A model generated the notes under the pieces. It saw only the letters and a program-made list of their open reading frames with translations. It made no database searches and was not told the DNA's origin. The position numbers and the translations under genes are program-made. Shown piece after piece: positions 63,489-64,000 of a stretch of DNA of 64,000 nucleotides (positions are counted from its first letter, which is position 1; each line of letters begins with the position of its first letter). This DNA is from an uncultured Eggerthellaceae bacterium (GTDB lineage: Bacteria; Actinomycetota; Coriobacteriia; Coriobacteriales; Eggerthellaceae): the NCBI GenBank assembly GCA_958454405.1, contig CAUEBO010000004.1, positions 12,736 to 76,735 on the forward strand, read 5' to 3'.

Positions 63489-64000
63489 CTACAGCCTCCC
63501 CTCGAAGTCGAACTTCTCGAAGCCGCTCCTGGCCCTCGGCGGCTCGAGCTGCCTCACCGTGGTGGTGACAGGGGTGCTCGGCAGCTCCGCGGGCTGGCCG
63601 TCGGCGTACTGGCCCTCGCAGAAGCTGTCCCTGCGGCCCCACGTGACGCGGTGGGCGGCGAGCTCGCGGGAGAGATCGTCGCTGTAGATGTGCAGGAGCC
63701 CGCCGTCGCGGTTGACCCGGCAGAAGCTGCCCGTGTACCAGTACGGGACGCCGAAGCGCCTGCCCTCGTAGCTGACGAAGCCGTCGAAGGTGATCTTTCG
63801 CCTCGGGCACAGGTACAGCGCCAGCTCGTCGTCCAAGACGACGGCGCCGGCGGCGGGCAGGCACCTCGCCGCGTGCTCGTCGGCGGGGACGCAGCCGAGC
63901 GCCCTGCGGTAGCGCGACGACTGCTCGGCGCACCAGGCGAGCGCCTCGGCGTTGAGCTGGGTGATGTCGGTGAACGCGCGCCCTGCGAGGAAGTTGTCCT
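63489..64000 (-). CDS. istA: IS21-family transposase IstA, C-terminal part (5' end beyond the window)
   Basis: ...FTDITQLNAEALAWCAEQSSRYRRALGCVPADEH...ITFDGFVSYEGRRFGVPYWY is typical of the IstA C-terminal region. The reading frame is open to position 64000. Confidence 0.75.
   Translation of the reverse strand, partial: DNFLAGRAFTDITQLNAEALAWCAEQSSRYRRALGCVPADEHAARCLPAAGAVVLDDELALYLCPRRKITFDGFVSYEGRRFGVPYWYTGSFCRVNRDGGLLHIYSDDLSRELAAHRVTWGRRDSFCEGQYADGQPAELPSTPVTTTVRQLEPPRARSGFEKFDFEGRL

Larger units (their letters stand above)
62590..64000 (-). mobile_element. IS21-family insertion sequence (right end and istB complete; istA truncated by the window edge)
   Basis: istA/istB pair in the usual order. 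Terminal region: two copies of TTTGATTCGGCTG, outermost ending ...GGACA (5'-TG/CA-3' terminus) at about 62590. Confidence 0.75.

Overview
This is a high-GC (about 65% by eye) bacterial chromosome segment. Gene content looks like an anaerobic Actinomycetota/Coriobacteriia-type organism, but that is inference only. All homology calls rest on motif recognition from memory; no searches were run.

I support about 50 CDS. Most long ORFs in the six-frame track are Arg/Ala/Gly-rich shadow ORFs antisense to real genes.

Positions 1-55 kb are mostly core genes:
- Rrf2-crtN-crtM (C30 carotenoid-type pair) and a giant Lhr helicase.
- A class-M-like sirtuin plus macrodomain ADP-ribose hydrolase pair.
- A patatin-TcdA-TatD operon, a hybrid histidine kinase, aroQ, and divergent ilvA/ridA.
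- A WYL regulator, thrH, and an orphan 2-3 repeat CRISPR-like mini-array.
- A TetR-ACAD-ADC-SDR cluster.
- A selenocysteine (in-frame UGA plus SECIS hairpin) formate dehydrogenase with a NuoF/GltD-like partner.
- ettA, a TPP riboswitch-thiM-thiE operon, ddh, a purF-like gene, thpR, two atypical peptide-deformylase paralogues, and bfr.

Positions 51-64 kb are accessory:
- A HIRAN / PDF-like (HExxH to HGxxH) / HD::HelD-helicase operon.
- A decayed WYL-regulator paralogue.
- A markedly low-GC gene for a polytopic membrane protein with GT51 (peptidoglycan glycosyltransferase)-like motifs.
- Remnants of an MmeI-type methyltransferase, a DUF4143 ATPase and an IS3 transposase.
- A lower-GC mef/msr(D)-like macrolide resistance module with a consensus promoter, leader peptide and attenuator.
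- An IS21-family element running off the right edge.

The best candidates for something undescribed are the HIRAN/PDF-like/HD-HelD trio and the low-GC GT51-like membrane protein. Both are hypotheses, not demonstrated systems.
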